DNA of 64,000 nucleotides from a bacterium (GTDB taxonomy: Bacteria; UBA8248), in assembly GCA_965207065.1 (NCBI GenBank), contig OZ242260.1:288001-352000 (forward strand), written 5' to 3'. Position 1 is the stretch's first letter, and every line of letters begins with the position of its first letter. Positions 48,563 through 59,739 of the stretch are shown here, in pieces. The position numbers and the translations under genes are program-made. The notes below the pieces were generated by a model. That model worked only from the letters and a program-made list of their open reading frames with translations, was not told where the DNA came from and made no database searches.

Positions 48563-49710
48563 CTACCGGTACAACTTCGCCAACCGCTCGATGAATCGCT
48601 TCTTCCGGGCATGCCGCAACCGGAGCGCGTCCACTCGCTCGAAAAAGCGCGGTGTCGCGCCGGCCTCCTCCGCCAGTGCTCTTAGGTCGTAAAGCAACGC
48701 CGCCGCCCGGTCGTAGCCGTGGAAGTCGCGTTTGTCGATTTCATCCTCGACCTCGCGCCACACTGCTTCTCCCCTCGCAAGAAGGGCGTCGAGACGCACG
48801 CGCCTCTCCTCTTGCGCCTGCCGTTCCTTCCGCGCGCGCTCGTCTTCTCGCCGCTGCGCTTCGGCGGCCTCCCGCTCTTCCCAGATCACAGCCGCGCGCG
48901 CCCGCAACTTGGACACCCTGCGGAATCCCGTCTGCATCATTCCGCTTTCAGGCGACACGGCTTCCCGGACGCGGCTTTGCACCTCCACCCCCACGTGGGG
49001 GTCGCCCCCGGCTAGACGATGAAGCCACTCTGTCTTCTCCGCTTCCGGCATTGACGCCAGGGCGGCGTGTACGGCTTCTGGTGAAATACTCTCCTCAGCG
49101 ACGCCCGCCCGCCGGGGTCTCTGCAGCCGCCCGGACGAGGTCCGGGTCGATGCGGAAGAATTCAGCAAAAGCTTCCAGCCCGCCGCTCAGCGGGCCGATG
49201 CCCGAGAGCGGCTCGAGCTCGTCATCTCACACCCCGTCGCATTCCACCGCATCCAGCCAGAGCAGGTAGGGCATGCGCATGTCCCCGCCGAGCACCTCGG
49301 CCCTGAGCGGAGCCAGGGCGGTGAGCCAACCCGAACCGTCGTCCGGTTCAACGTAACCCGATTCTTCGTCATCCGTGAAAACGTCGAGGATCAGGTTCTC
49401 GCCCGCGTCTATGAGTTCCACGAGGTTCGAGTCGCGCAGAAAAAAAGACGAGCCTGTCCGGAACGACGAGGCGTTTCGGCAGCCGCATCATGAAGTGCCT
49501 CGTTCCCTGGTCCGCGAGGTAGAGATGGAGGTCGAACCAGCGTTCCATGAGGTGTAGCGGATCGCCCCGGAAGTCGCCCCAGTCGTAGGAATTGGTGAAA
49601 CTCGTCGCCGTGATCCGCGCTCGCGTGGACATCGCCCGCAGCGCTTCGATGTCCTCTGCGCCGAGCGGGCGATCTATCGCCTGGAACTCGTAGTATTGGT
49701 ATTCGATCAT
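48563..49710 (-). pseudogene. Conserved hypothetical protein (EYQYYEF..IDRPL family) in three or more frameshifted pieces
   Basis: ORFs 49369-49710, 49227-49421 and 48563-49168 read as one protein ending HARKKRFIERL. Confidence 0.65.
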
Positions 49711-50429
49711 GATTCGACCTACCGGTAGCCAGCCATTGCGTCATCCACCGGAATACGGTTTATATCCCCGGGTTTGCGGTTGATGGCAACTTATGGCGCA
49801 TTCCCGGCGAAAACGGAAGAAATCGCCTGTACAAATCCTGCAATTCCCTTCCGCATTCTCCTGTCGGGTTGGCCGGGTCAAGTTGATCTGCCCAGGTTCT
49901 GTGCCCGAATCACTTAATGAAGTCCACCCTCTCATTATTTTCTCTGAAATTACAGATTACCGCCGAAACCGCTCTGTGCCCAATTTACAGAAGGCCTCCG
50001 CTTCAACCCGGCTCTTTCAAACCAGATTCATGACGATCCTTCCAGCCAGTTGTAGACAAGGCTCGAGATCAATGGCGCCAGTACCACTATGATTTTGTTC
50101 GCAAACAAAAGAATATTCTGATTCGTTGAGCCCCCAGCAAATACGGATTGAAAAGTGTGGCCTGCAGTATGCGCCCTTCGCGCCAATCGCCAGACCGGCC
50201 AAGCGATCACAACCAGAGCGGTCAGTGTATAAGTCATGCCCCCAAAAAGCGTCATCTCATCTCCATAGTTCTGCAGTTTCTGTAATGCAGATCTCTGATG
50301 TTCCTTGATGCCGTCTCCCAATCCGCTTCCAAATATCCGTCTGCCCTTCCCTTGAAATTTCCCCTAAGGTAGGGCAGTGATAATGAAAAATAAATGTTTT
50401 TCGCGTATTTCTTCGGGGTTTTGTCGTGC

Positions 50430-50662
50430 AAATGATCGGGTGGACGCTCCCTTCTGGCAGTATCACACTGTGGCGGGGTGACATCGTTTATCACCCGGAA
50501 GGCACACATGGATCGAGTTTCCATCATAGGTATCGATCTGACAAACCGGAGCTTTCAACTCGACGGAGTACGCGCGGACGGGTCGGTCGCGTTCCGGAAG
50601 AAGTTGAGCAGGGCGGAGGTGTTGGGTTTTCTGGCTTCGCAGTTGAATTGTCTGGTAGCGAC
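50430..50662 (+). pseudogene. Left end and 5' fragment of an IS110 (IS1111-like) transposase
   Basis: ATG 50508: MDRVSIIGIDLTNRSFQLDG..FRKKLSR; truncated before the MEAC motif. Confidence 0.75.
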
Positions 50663-50863
50663 GGATACTCCCTTCTCCATTACCAAGGCAACCTCTGGCA
50701 GTTCGCTATCGCTAACTTGATAAGATTACTCGTGTTCTGCATTTTATAATCTATTGGAACACAAACGATTGTAATGCTGCAAAAAATCATGTAGTGCCTC
50801 ACTTTGAAATTCGGTGGTGTTTCAGGTTGAAAATGACAACAAATATTTCTATCCATTTTTCTG

Positions 50864-50893
50864 TTGACATTTTTACGATGATGCGACTACATT
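50864..50893 (+). promoter_or_regulatory. Sigma70-like promoter
   Basis: TTGACA, 18 nt, TACATT, upstream of a two-gene unit. Confidence 0.55.
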
Positions 50894-50930
50894 TTCGATA
50901 GCAAACGTTATCCACGAGAGAGAACACAAG

Positions 50931-51104
50931 ATGGACTTGTTTGAAATCCTGATTTTAATTCAATCTTATGGCGTTTTGGCTGGTGTATGGTATGGAATAT
51001 ACGTGATGAACGCCAACGCCAAACAGCGTGCAGGCGAGTTTGAGAAAAGGCATGAGGAATCCATGCTTGCCCTCCGAACCCTGATTGAGCGAACAGGAGG
51101 ATGA
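50931..51104 (+). CDS. 57-aa TM plus helical protein (below the ORF-track cutoff)
   Basis: MDLFEILILIQSYGVLAGVWYGIYVMNANAKQRAGEFEKRHEESMLALRTLIERTGG; stop abuts the next start. Confidence 0.55.
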   Translation: MDLFEILILIQSYGVLAGVWYGIYVMNANAKQRAGEFEKRHEESMLALRTLIERTGG

Positions 51105-51105
51105 T

Positions 51106-51465
51106 GTGAAACTGAAACTCACCATTTCATTGCTGATGCTCATCATAGTCAGCGTCATCGCGGTTGCAGCACAGCCGCTTCCAAGCAGAGCGCCTACAAG
51201 TGCGGTTGGTGCGGGAGTTGTGAAACAAAAGGGACTCGATGATACAAAGGGACTTATATTTGTTCCTGTTGATCCTAGAATGCTAAAGAAATGGAAATTA
51301 TCAACTATTTCTGGAGCGGGCAAATTAGTTTACCAGGCGTTAGACGTAGCGACGAAAACTGAGATAACTGTCCTCGAAAGAAGATTGACAGAAATAGAGA
51401 AATCTATCGCTAAAATGCAGGGCTCTCTTGAAGTTATCCTGAATATATTGGCCAATGGGAATTGA
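51106..51465 (+). CDS. Secreted hypothetical protein with a C-terminal coiled coil
   Basis: AGGAGG RBS then GTG; signal peptide; LERRLTEIEKSIAKMQGSLE. Confidence 0.6.
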   Translation: MKLKLTISLLMLIIVSVIAVAAQPLPSRAPTSAVGAGVVKQKGLDDTKGLIFVPVDPRMLKKWKLSTISGAGKLVYQALDVATKTEITVLERRLTEIEKSIAKMQGSLEVILNILANGN

Positions 51466-51800
51466 TATGACTACTGGCCCATAAGGACAGAAAAGACCGA
51501 GCGACGCCATCGGTTACATTGTAACAGTCGCCAAGGTCGCCTCTTCGAGTTCCGCTCTTAGAATTTCGTGAATCTTCGCCAGATCCGCAATGAAATAGGC
51601 ACCATAAAGTCCCGAATTTTCAGGTACGCCACTCCCCTTTCTCGACGTTTGCCAAGACGAGGATTCTCGGTTCATTACAGTCGAACATCAACTCTACTCG
51701 ATCGAAACAGAACGGCCTGACGGAACGTCCCTCCCTCCCGTTTCTTCCGAGGAGGCCGCGACACGTGGTGGGTTGCCTCCTTACGGACGGTTCAGTGGAA

Positions 51801-52553
51801 CTATTTGTCTCGGAACCAATCCTCGACTTCGGTGAAGCCACCATAAGCGATTAGGCCTCCAAAAGAGATCGATGCTGTCGCTAAGGGATTGGCAATTCCG
51901 CTCAGGAAGTTGGCTCCGGCTAGCCCGACTCCTCCGAAGAGCTTCGATAAACCCCATCCCAAGCTTGCAGTACGCTCTTTCAGGTTATTTCCTCTGTTCA
52001 GAGTATTGCTCGCTCTTGAGCAGAGAGATTCAATGCTGCTGCTCAGCTTGTTCGTCTGGTAATCGGCCAGCCATCCACCAGGATTCAAGGCGATGTTATG
52101 GCGGTGGGCGATCATAAGCAGCAGAAGGAGTTCCCGTGACTCATCTGAGAACCCGGCGCGCACAAGAATCAGCTCTTCCTTCACAAGAAAGTCTGCAAAC
52201 CTAACTCCAACCCTCGCGGTTTTTCTTGCATCCGCGACATGCCTCAACACTCTTGAAGAAGCGTGTCTCTCAATGTGCTCGATTACCCGTCGCAAGGCGC
52301 GTTGGGAGGTTTCGCACGAGTGCCGGAGAGCTTCCAACAATTGGGCGTGCTCGAGGTTTCCGAGGCGAAATTGAGCAACAGCAAGTACGCGAGATACCCT
52401 ATTGAACGTGTCAACGACCGATTTAAGCGAATTGATGTCAATGCGGTCTTGCTGGGCCGCCAAGTCTCCGGGTGAGTAGAACAATATGCCGACGAGTAGA
52501 CCCATCATAAGTAGCCTTTTCATCTTGCGGCTTGGCTCGATTTTCATAGTCAC
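51801..52553 (-). CDS. Hypothetical exported helical protein with a Gly-rich hydrophobic C-terminus
   Basis: 250-aa ORF, GGGAG RBS, signal-like N-term. Confidence 0.55.
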   Translation of the reverse strand: MTMKIEPSRKMKRLLMMGLLVGILFYSPGDLAAQQDRIDINSLKSVVDTFNRVSRVLAVAQFRLGNLEHAQLLEALRHSCETSQRALRRVIEHIERHASSRVLRHVADARKTARVGVRFADFLVKEELILVRAGFSDESRELLLLLMIAHRHNIALNPGGWLADYQTNKLSSSIESLCSRASNTLNRGNNLKERTASLGWGLSKLFGGVGLAGANFLSGIANPLATASISFGGLIAYGGFTEVEDWFRDK

Positions 52554-52857
52554 TCTCCCAGAAGGTGGCTGTGGTCAATCCATTTGGAGTTTGCCAGGCC
52601 TCGATCCGTAGGTTGGAGGCTCGGATATACACCCTTCAAGCCGGGGTCAATCACCGGTTTCTTGGTCGGCGATTTCAGAGAGTTTGACTTGAGGACGGTC
52701 GGGAAACCGGTCGATGAGCGAGAGACTGTCTCCCATCGCCTCCACCATCCTACGTAGAGCCAAGGGACCCAGCTTCATACTACACTTCTGCTGCTCCGAT
52801 CAAGGCAGGGCCAGGATATCGACTGCTACCACGAGAGCCATTGACCCGGTTGTTTTT

Positions 52858-53445
52858 TTAGACGGATTTAGACAGAGGGTCGGGGATTTCAAACAGGCAA
52901 TCGCACCCGTCGGTATTAATATAGCTGCGCAAGAGACCGACCTTGCGCCATCTGTGGACTGTAATGCCCGACACCCCAAGTAGGTTCGTCGGTCTCGTCA
53001 CTTCGCAACAACCCGCGTTCGCGCAGCCGTTGATAACGCGACTTGAGAGCGTAGCGCTCTCGCACCACACTGACCAACTTCGGAATAAAGGCATGGCCGT
53101 GACCACTTCGGTATCTGCGCTGGTTGAGGATTCAGGCGACCTCGCCATCGGTGTGGTTCTTTCAACAGCCTTTTGATCTCGGCGACGACCTCCTCTCTGG
53201 TCTTGTAGACCTCGTACCAGAGTGGCTCCGATGTCCAGGTCAGCGTCGGATCGCGCCCCCGCGCACATGCACGCCTAGGTTCCGTGTCGACTTGGTTATT
53301 GTCACGTCCTCGTCAGTAGCCGCGCCATCCGCTTGCGCTCGCGGTACCGCGTCGCCGGATTGTTCCACAGGCGGGGGAAGTCGCTCGCCAGCGCGAGGAT
53401 TCGCTTGCGTTGCCCTTCGTCCAACCCCGGTCTCGGCTCGGCTAC
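52858..53445 (-). pseudogene. C-terminal remnant of a large serine recombinase-family protein
   Basis: RILALASDFPRLWNNPAT..RERKRMARLL, HVRGGA, and HTH LLGVSGITVHRWRKVGLL across frames. Confidence 0.6.
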
Positions 53446-53730
53446 GCTGGAGTTCTCGCCAATCATAGCCAAAGACGAAATAATTAACGTTTCTATCTTG
53501 GAAGAACTTTTTGGTCTCGTCGTAGGGAATGTATATGTCACGCAATGGGCCATCGGCGACGATTACATGGTTATCACGATCACGACCGTTGTTCTCATTT
53601 CGCAACAAGGGCAATAGCCCAAAGAATAGTGTGAGATCAGTGAGCGATGGAACTTGGTTGCGTTGATAGGCTTCGGTTGAGCATTTCAGGTGCTACCCCA
53701 TCCCACCCGGCAGCAACACGATGGGTTAAG
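53446..53730 (-). pseudogene. N-terminal remnant of an LCAT/lipase-like alpha/beta hydrolase
   Basis: IVLLPGGMGS and FGYDWR motifs, frameshifted. Confidence 0.45.
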
Positions 53731-53838
53731 TCCTAAACTTGCTGGAAAATTAAGAGGGGGAGCACCAGGCGAACTGGTGACAGTGCAGCCGGTGAGAGTC
53801 CGGCAGGAGGGGTGCAGCGAGACTCACTGCGGTACTAG

Positions 53839-55439
53839 CAGCCTGTCGGACTTGGCCCTGCCAAGAGGGTTGAAGCGACGTCGTGGGAGCGATTCCCGGG
53901 GCTCACGATCATCGACTCGCCTTGACCGGCGATTCGGCGCCAGGAGTCATGATCGGCCCTCACCAGCCCGGTGGGAGTCGTAATGGCCGCCAACAGGCCG
54001 CGGGACGAGGCGTTTTATCGCCCGATCACGCCAGCGTCAGGTTGTGCAGGCGTTTGCAGTTGTAAGCCAACATCACCAGTACCCACTCGCCTTCCACCTT
54101 GTCGAGACCGCGCAGGAGGAACTGCCGGAAGCCCATCGCCTGCTTGACGATGCTGAACACCGGCTCCACCGTCTGCCGACGCAGGCGATAACGGGCGCGC
54201 TCTTCAGGCAGCGCCATCTTCGCGCGCATCGCCGCAATCCAGTCCGCCCGAACCGCCGGACCCTGCCGGGGCGCCACCGGTGGCCGGAAGTCGTGCCGAC
54301 GGCGTCGCCCTTCGGCTTGCGTGGACACCAGCACCTCGGCGCCCCGTTCCTCGAGTCGTTCCACCTCGCTGCCGCTCGCGTAGTCGCTGTCCGCCAGAAC
54401 CCGGGCCGGAGCGCCAATCCCGGGCGGGACCGCGTCCCCGTCCGCCACCAATTCCCGGCGGTCGCTCGCGTTGTTGCTCACCCGCGCACCCAACACCAAC
54501 TGGCTGCCCTCGGCATCCACCACCGCCTGCGCGTTGTACGCCTGACGGTACTCGTGCCGCTTGCTCTTGCGCATCAAGGCGCTGTCCCCATCCGTCAGGT
54601 TAATCTGCTGCCCCTCTTCGGGCTCCTCCCGCGGAGGCTTGGATGCACGGACCCTTGCCCCGGCCCGTACGACGCTCACGAGACGCCACCTTGCGAGCAT
54701 ATGCCGCCCGACCCGCCTCGGCCGCCGTTCCTGCCCGGCGCTCCAACTCCGCGCACGCCTCGTCCAGCCTCGACTTCAACTCTTCGCGACGCGCGAACTC
54801 CTCCGGCAGCGCCTGCGGGTCCGCCACCTTCTGCGCATCTTCGCTCTCCGCCCGTTCCAGCAACTCCTCGACCTCTCCGCGCAACTGCGCCCGCAACGCC
54901 TGCGCACGGCCATACCGGATGTTTTTGTGCTTGTTCGCGTTCGCGTCCACCTTCGTGCCGTCCACACTCACCGTCCCCACTCGCAACAGCTTCAACTCCT
55001 TCGCCAACAGCAGAACCTGCTCGAACGTCTCCGCTACCGCCTCGAAGTTATTCCGGCGGAACGCGGAGAGCGTGTCGTGGTCCGGGTGAGAGTTCGACGC
55101 CACGTACCGAACCCCGATATCACGGTACGTCGCGCGCTCGATCCGCCGCGAACCGAATATCCCGTTCGCATAGCAGTAAATCAGCAGCGCAAGCATCATC
55201 CGAGGATGGTACTGCGCCGAACCCATGCCGCGCTCGTTCACACGGAATGACCTCACCGGCACCCGTTCCACCGCCTCCACTACGAAGTGCGCCAGATCGT
55301 CCTCCGGCAGCCAATCCCGCATGTCCACAGGCAGCAGATACAACTGCGGCTGATCTCTTTCCACAAACTTCGCCACCGCAAGCCCCTCCATTGAAATATG
55401 GAGCAATTATAATTAACAGGGTCTAAGTCCGACAGACTG
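53839..55439 (-). mobile_element. IS1182-family element with a frameshifted transposase (54026-55376)
   Basis: IRs CAGCCTGTCGGACTT / AAGTCCGACAGACTG (14 of 15 match); flanks CTAG/GTAG; SRRIERA, DGTK, TDGDS, RRQTVEPVF; frameshift near 54650. Confidence 0.88.
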
Positions 55440-56684
55440 GTAGTGCCTGTAGCTGGCACTCCTGCCATGAATCACGGATGTACTCGCAGTGTTGTCGGTT
55501 TCCCTGCTGTACACAATCGGGCCACGGGCAAATCTCTTTCCCCTCGGAATCTGCCCTGATAGGGGTGCACAGAACGTCTCCTTCTGGGCCTCCGAACATC
55601 CTTACCCAGTAAAAAACGTTGGGGTGATGATATAGGAAGACTTTGTGTTCCGTCAGCAGACCCATAATCCAATTTAGCCATTTGGGCACGGATTCCATGT
55701 AGTGTCAGAGGTTAACTCCGATTCCCAGAGGATTCTCCGCGTGGATTATCTTGTTAAGTTGGTCGTAAATAGTGATCAGCCTGTCTTCCGTTAGGACATC
55801 TCCCACCTTCTCCTTAGGCTCGGGGTAGTACCTGGCATGTATCCCTCTCAGGTCTCTCATGATCTTCTTGATGTTCCAGGCCTTCCGGAGTTCATCCCGA
55901 GATTTTCGCCAAGCGTCCTTGTTGGAAACCAGGGAGCTGAAAATAATCAGTTCCAAAACTATCCGGAGTTGAAGGCAAGCTGATTCCAACCGGGTCTGGT
56001 TAATAATTCCGCACATCTCCATGAGCCGTTGGATGGCGTCCACCTTGAGCTTTATCTCCTCCATGAGGTCGGAGTACTGGTTGATGTCGAGTTCCTCGGC
56101 CTGTTTTATTTGCCATCCGCAGCCTGTGCAGACTATCTCCCATCCCCATCCGACTGGGTCGGTTCCCTAGAGTTGGAGCATGTCGTCTCCGCACTCGGGA
56201 CAGATCTGGTACACATTTCCATCTATTCCCTTGACCGGTTCGTTCGATCCGAAGCCCAAGCTCATGCAAACGTCGCTGAACTTAGGCATCTCCCCGCACT
56301 CAGGGCACGGCTTGGTGGGCATAATGCCGTATGTCAGGTACTGGAGGGCAGCTTCTTGATGGCCAAATGGGCATTCCCCCCGGGGCTCTACCTGTCTGGT
56401 TTCCATGAAGATCTCTGATGCCTCCTCACAGGTTCGTACCCCCAGGCATCGGCCAATTTTCTCGACGCTCTCCTCGGTCAGCCGGTACTTTCTCTCAACG
56501 CCAGCTTTCTCCCATTCACCCAGCTTGATCACGTCCCCTGCTCGGTGCCTCTCGGTGTACCTGTTTGCCAGGTACCAGCAGAATCGCCAGTAGGCTTCGG
56601 GGTCTTCTGTCTGCAGAAGTTGCTCCAGGGGATCTACTCTCGGAACTCTCACCCTCTTTCTGAACTTTTTTTCTGCTTGGCCAT
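55440..56684 (-). pseudogene. Multi-CxxC Zn-ribbon plus helical (possibly HEPN-like) protein, inactivated
   Basis: ORFs 56167-56733, 55705-56064 and 55423-55698 share one frame, split by TAG and TGA; A7 slip near the start; IS at the 3' end. Confidence 0.55.
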
Positions 56685-56879
56685 TTCTCGCCTCTTTTTT
56701 CCTGCTCCTCGTCCCTGAATGTTCCAAAAACACTGATTGACGCCAAGTCAGCTTCTATATGAAACGGACTCACATCGTTGGATGCTTTCCCAAGCGGACC
56801 CCGTCTCGAATCGGGCCACGCTGGTCAGGACTTCCCTTCGAAGAGACTGAGGTCTTCGGTTGCGGCCATGCGCCGGCGG

Positions 56880-57241
56880 CTATCGCGATTGGGCTTGGCG
56901 ATGCAGGTCAGTGATTTGCCTGACCCCGTCCTAGAAGTGACGACGAAGTCGGCGCCACCCACGCCCAGTTCAATTGCCTTGCGTTGATGGCGATACAGGG
57001 AGTACCCGTCAAAGATGTGCCGGGTGTCATCATGCAGCAATCCTGCGGTGATTACCTCTTCGACGGTGCCGGCCTGTTCGTAGGCGGGATTGAACTGCAG
57101 CAAAGGCTGTGGCCAGAGGCGCCCCTCGGAGAGCGAGTCTTTGACCGTCCGCTCGATCTCTGGGTCGGAGATGTTGATAAAGCAGCGAATATACTCCGCA
57201 TAGTCACCAACGATCTGCCTGTGCGTGTCGAAGACATTCAT
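56880..57241 (-). pseudogene. N-terminal fragment of a large DEAD/DEAH helicase
   Basis: LWPQPLLQFNPAY, LYRHQRKAI, TGSGKSL, then an abrupt end. Confidence 0.75.
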
Positions 57242-57321
57242 AGCTCAACCTTTTGGGACCGGCGCCATTGTACCTGCCGGGCCATACCAGATCGGTCCTG
57301 CCCGATCTCGATTTTCGTCAC

Positions 57322-58740
57322 TTATTTTGATTCCTGGGTTTGCCTCAGGAATTCGCGCCCCTCAGGTGTCAGGCGATAGCGCTGGTTCCTGCTGCGTGGT
57401 TTGTCCGGGATAGTCATCTCGATCAGCCCTGCCTGTAGGGCGGGAGATAGATACGCCTTGCGAAAGTGCTCGTCGTTCTTCAACCCAAGCGCGTTCCGGA
57501 GGCCTTGCCTGGTCATTTCTCCCGAAATTGCTTGTAGTAGCCGAACTTCCGTGGTGACTTCCGTGGTGACTTCCGTGGTGACTTGTTCCACCGAACGCAC
57601 AACCGCCCTTTCCCGCACCTCTGGGCTGGGCCAAAAGGTGGCGGTGAAGAAGCCGTTGACCTCGAATTCAGGCTCGGGGCAGCCCTGCGCGCGAGTCTCG
57701 TTTCGGATGCGCCGGATACCGGTACCCGCCTTCTCTATGAAGTCGATACGGTGGAGCAGGTCGGCGATCAACGCGTTGCGTCGAACACTCTTGCTCCCCA
57801 GATCGGAGAGCGACAACCCCCGGGGCAGGTTACCCGGGCTCACAACTTCGATGCGGTCGGCGTAGATCTCGACAAAGACGTTGGCCCCGTCAACAAACCA
57901 ATCGCGGTGCATGACGGCATTCGTGATCGCCTCTCGCAGGGCGTTGGTCGGATACTCTGGGACATTCTCACGCTTGAGTCCTTCTATACGGTAGGCGGTG
58001 CGAGTATTCCGCTCAACGAAGCGCAGGGCGTCTTCGATGTCGGCCACGATTCCGCCGTTGAAATCTTTACGATCCAGAATGTGCACCTTGTCAGTGTCCC
58101 TGGCCAGCAGGCAGGTGATGTAGGCCTGCGGAAAGAAGCGGCGCACATTCTTGGCAAAGAAGAGCACTCCCGCGTTCCTGAAGAGCAATGTGCCATCCAC
58201 TCTTTCGGCCGCCTCGATGTTGACCAGCACATCCTCGACCCGGGGCCGACCGGTTATCCCGGAAAGACTGAGCCAATTGTCGAAGTTTTCGCGGTCAAAG
58301 TCCTCCGGATAGGTGAACCGAGGGCAGGGTGTTAGATCAAATCGGACAGCACCTTCGAACCGGAACAAATCGCGGATTTCGTCGCGACTCAGTTTCTGGG
58401 TCACCGCACCTTGACGCCAGAAAAAGCCGTCGCTGCACTGCACTGGCTTGGTAACGCTTTCACTTACATGGACCGCGAACACTCTGCCAACCAGCTCCGC
58501 TCGCACCAGTACCGGCGGATCGCAATTGCGGGCGATGTCCTGGATGCGGGCACGTAAAGCGTTGGAGTCTTTCACGCCGACCACCGTGCCGTTATCACGC
58601 ACACCCAGGAGAATCTTCCCGCCGATAGTGTTGGCAAGCGCCACAAGCTCCCGTGCGAACGACGACGAGAGACTTTCCTTGAATTCAAGTGTCGTACCTT
58701 CCCCCTCCTGGATGAGGATTTCGAGATCATCGAGTGTCAT
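57322..58740 (-). CDS. Schlafen/AlbA_2 domain plus HATPase-like domain plus C-terminal wHTH protein
   Basis: EGTTLEFKES, ALANTIGGKILLGV, LREAITNAVMHRD, SPGNLP, EKAGTGI, PDKPRSRNQRYRLT. Confidence 0.85.
   Translation of the reverse strand: MTLDDLEILIQEGEGTTLEFKESLSSSFARELVALANTIGGKILLGVRDNGTVVGVKDSNALRARIQDIARNCDPPVLVRAELVGRVFAVHVSESVTKPVQCSDGFFWRQGAVTQKLSRDEIRDLFRFEGAVRFDLTPCPRFTYPEDFDRENFDNWLSLSGITGRPRVEDVLVNIEAAERVDGTLLFRNAGVLFFAKNVRRFFPQAYITCLLARDTDKVHILDRKDFNGGIVADIEDALRFVERNTRTAYRIEGLKRENVPEYPTNALREAITNAVMHRDWFVDGANVFVEIYADRIEVVSPGNLPRGLSLSDLGSKSVRRNALIADLLHRIDFIEKAGTGIRRIRNETRAQGCPEPEFEVNGFFTATFWPSPEVRERAVVRSVEQVTTEVTTEVTTEVRLLQAISGEMTRQGLRNALGLKNDEHFRKAYLSPALQAGLIEMTIPDKPRSRNQRYRLTPEGREFLRQTQESK
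57545..57584. repeat. 3.3 x 12-bp in-frame tandem repeat (VTTE linker)
   Basis: ACTTCCGTGGTG x3 followed by ACTT. Confidence 0.9.
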
Positions 58741-59003
58741 GCAAACACCTCGGATATTATGATGACCTCATGGCTCCCGCAGAGCATCTCCTCAATTGTC
58801 AGGTCAGAGATTCCATCCGAAGTGAGCTTGCCCCGGCGGATCTGCCCCGACCGCTTGTCCACGGGGCCTGACCCACAGATGTCGGGACCGTTGGAACTAT
58901 CGGTCTCCACCTGCATCGGTTCGCTGAACAGGGGTCCGGTCAGGAGCTGTCTTTCGTGGATCGGCACGTCAGCACTCAACAAGGCACTCCTGTTCTCAGT
59001 CAT
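58737..59003 (-). pseudogene. N-terminal fragment of an SNF2-type helicase
   Basis: QLLTGPLFSEPMQVET.. resembles N-termini of defence-island SNF2 helicases; no ATPase motifs remain. Confidence 0.5.
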
Positions 59004-59023
59004 TCACGAATTTAGGTCTATTC

Positions 59024-59242
59024 TCAGCCAAGCTTCCCATGTCTCTGTCGATGAGCGAGATGCCGAAACACTCTCGCCCCGACCTTCACCCACTCGTCCA
59101 CTTTGGAGAGCCTAAAGTGCAGCAACCGGCCCACCAGGTGAGATGGAAAGCCTTTCGCATCGACCCAACGATAGATGGATTCCTTGGCCACTTGCAAATG
59201 GGCTGCGACCTCCCCGATACCGACCCAGCCTTCTTCAGCCAT
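59024..59242 (-). CDS. Excisionase-type (HTH_17) DNA-binding protein
   Basis: AGGAG RBS; EVAAHLQVAKESIYRWV..VGRLLHFRLSKVDEWV. Confidence 0.8.
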   Translation of the reverse strand: MAEEGWVGIGEVAAHLQVAKESIYRWVDAKGFPSHLVGRLLHFRLSKVDEWVKVGARVFRHLAHRQRHGKLG

Positions 59243-59480
59243 TGTCGACGGACTCCTATCTAAGCAAGACAATGAAAGGCCATTAGAATATATAAGAATT
59301 GTTTCCTTGGTCAAAATAAGATTCTGCCTTGACTGGGATGGGCAGGCAAGGAACAGCGCGCTCTTGGTGATGGGCGGGGTTGGGGGTAATGCGGTGCCGT
59401 CATGCGGTCCGGCGGCAGGTGAGTTCGAGACATGTATATCGATTAGCAAGCTTGCCAATCCCGATTTCACAATTCTCTGG

Positions 59481-59739
59481 TCGCAGGCGGCGGGTCTTCC
59501 GGGAGGATACGCGGACCCCGAAGCGCGCCTGGACGCCGAGGTGGCTTACGGCCTCGACGTCCCGCGCGCCCTGCTGACGCCCTACGCGGGGGTCTCGCTC
59601 GCGGAGAGCGGCGAGGTCTGGCGCGCGCTGGAAGCTCGGCCCCGTATACGAGGTGAACCTCGAGGTGAGCCTCACTGAGGCCGCGAACGATGAGCGGCCG
59701 GGGGGCGGCGTCCTCCTGCGCGGCTCGAGGAGGTGGTGA
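59481..59739 (+). pseudogene. C-terminal fragment of an autotransporter-like beta-barrel
   Basis: RLDAEVAYGL..LTPYAGVSL..; after a frameshift ends GVLLRGSRRW*. Confidence 0.55.

Noticed and set aside
54600-54700. Programmed frameshift in the IS1182 transposase
   Set aside because: IS1182 transposases are normally single ORFs and no slippery heptamer is evident; treated as decay
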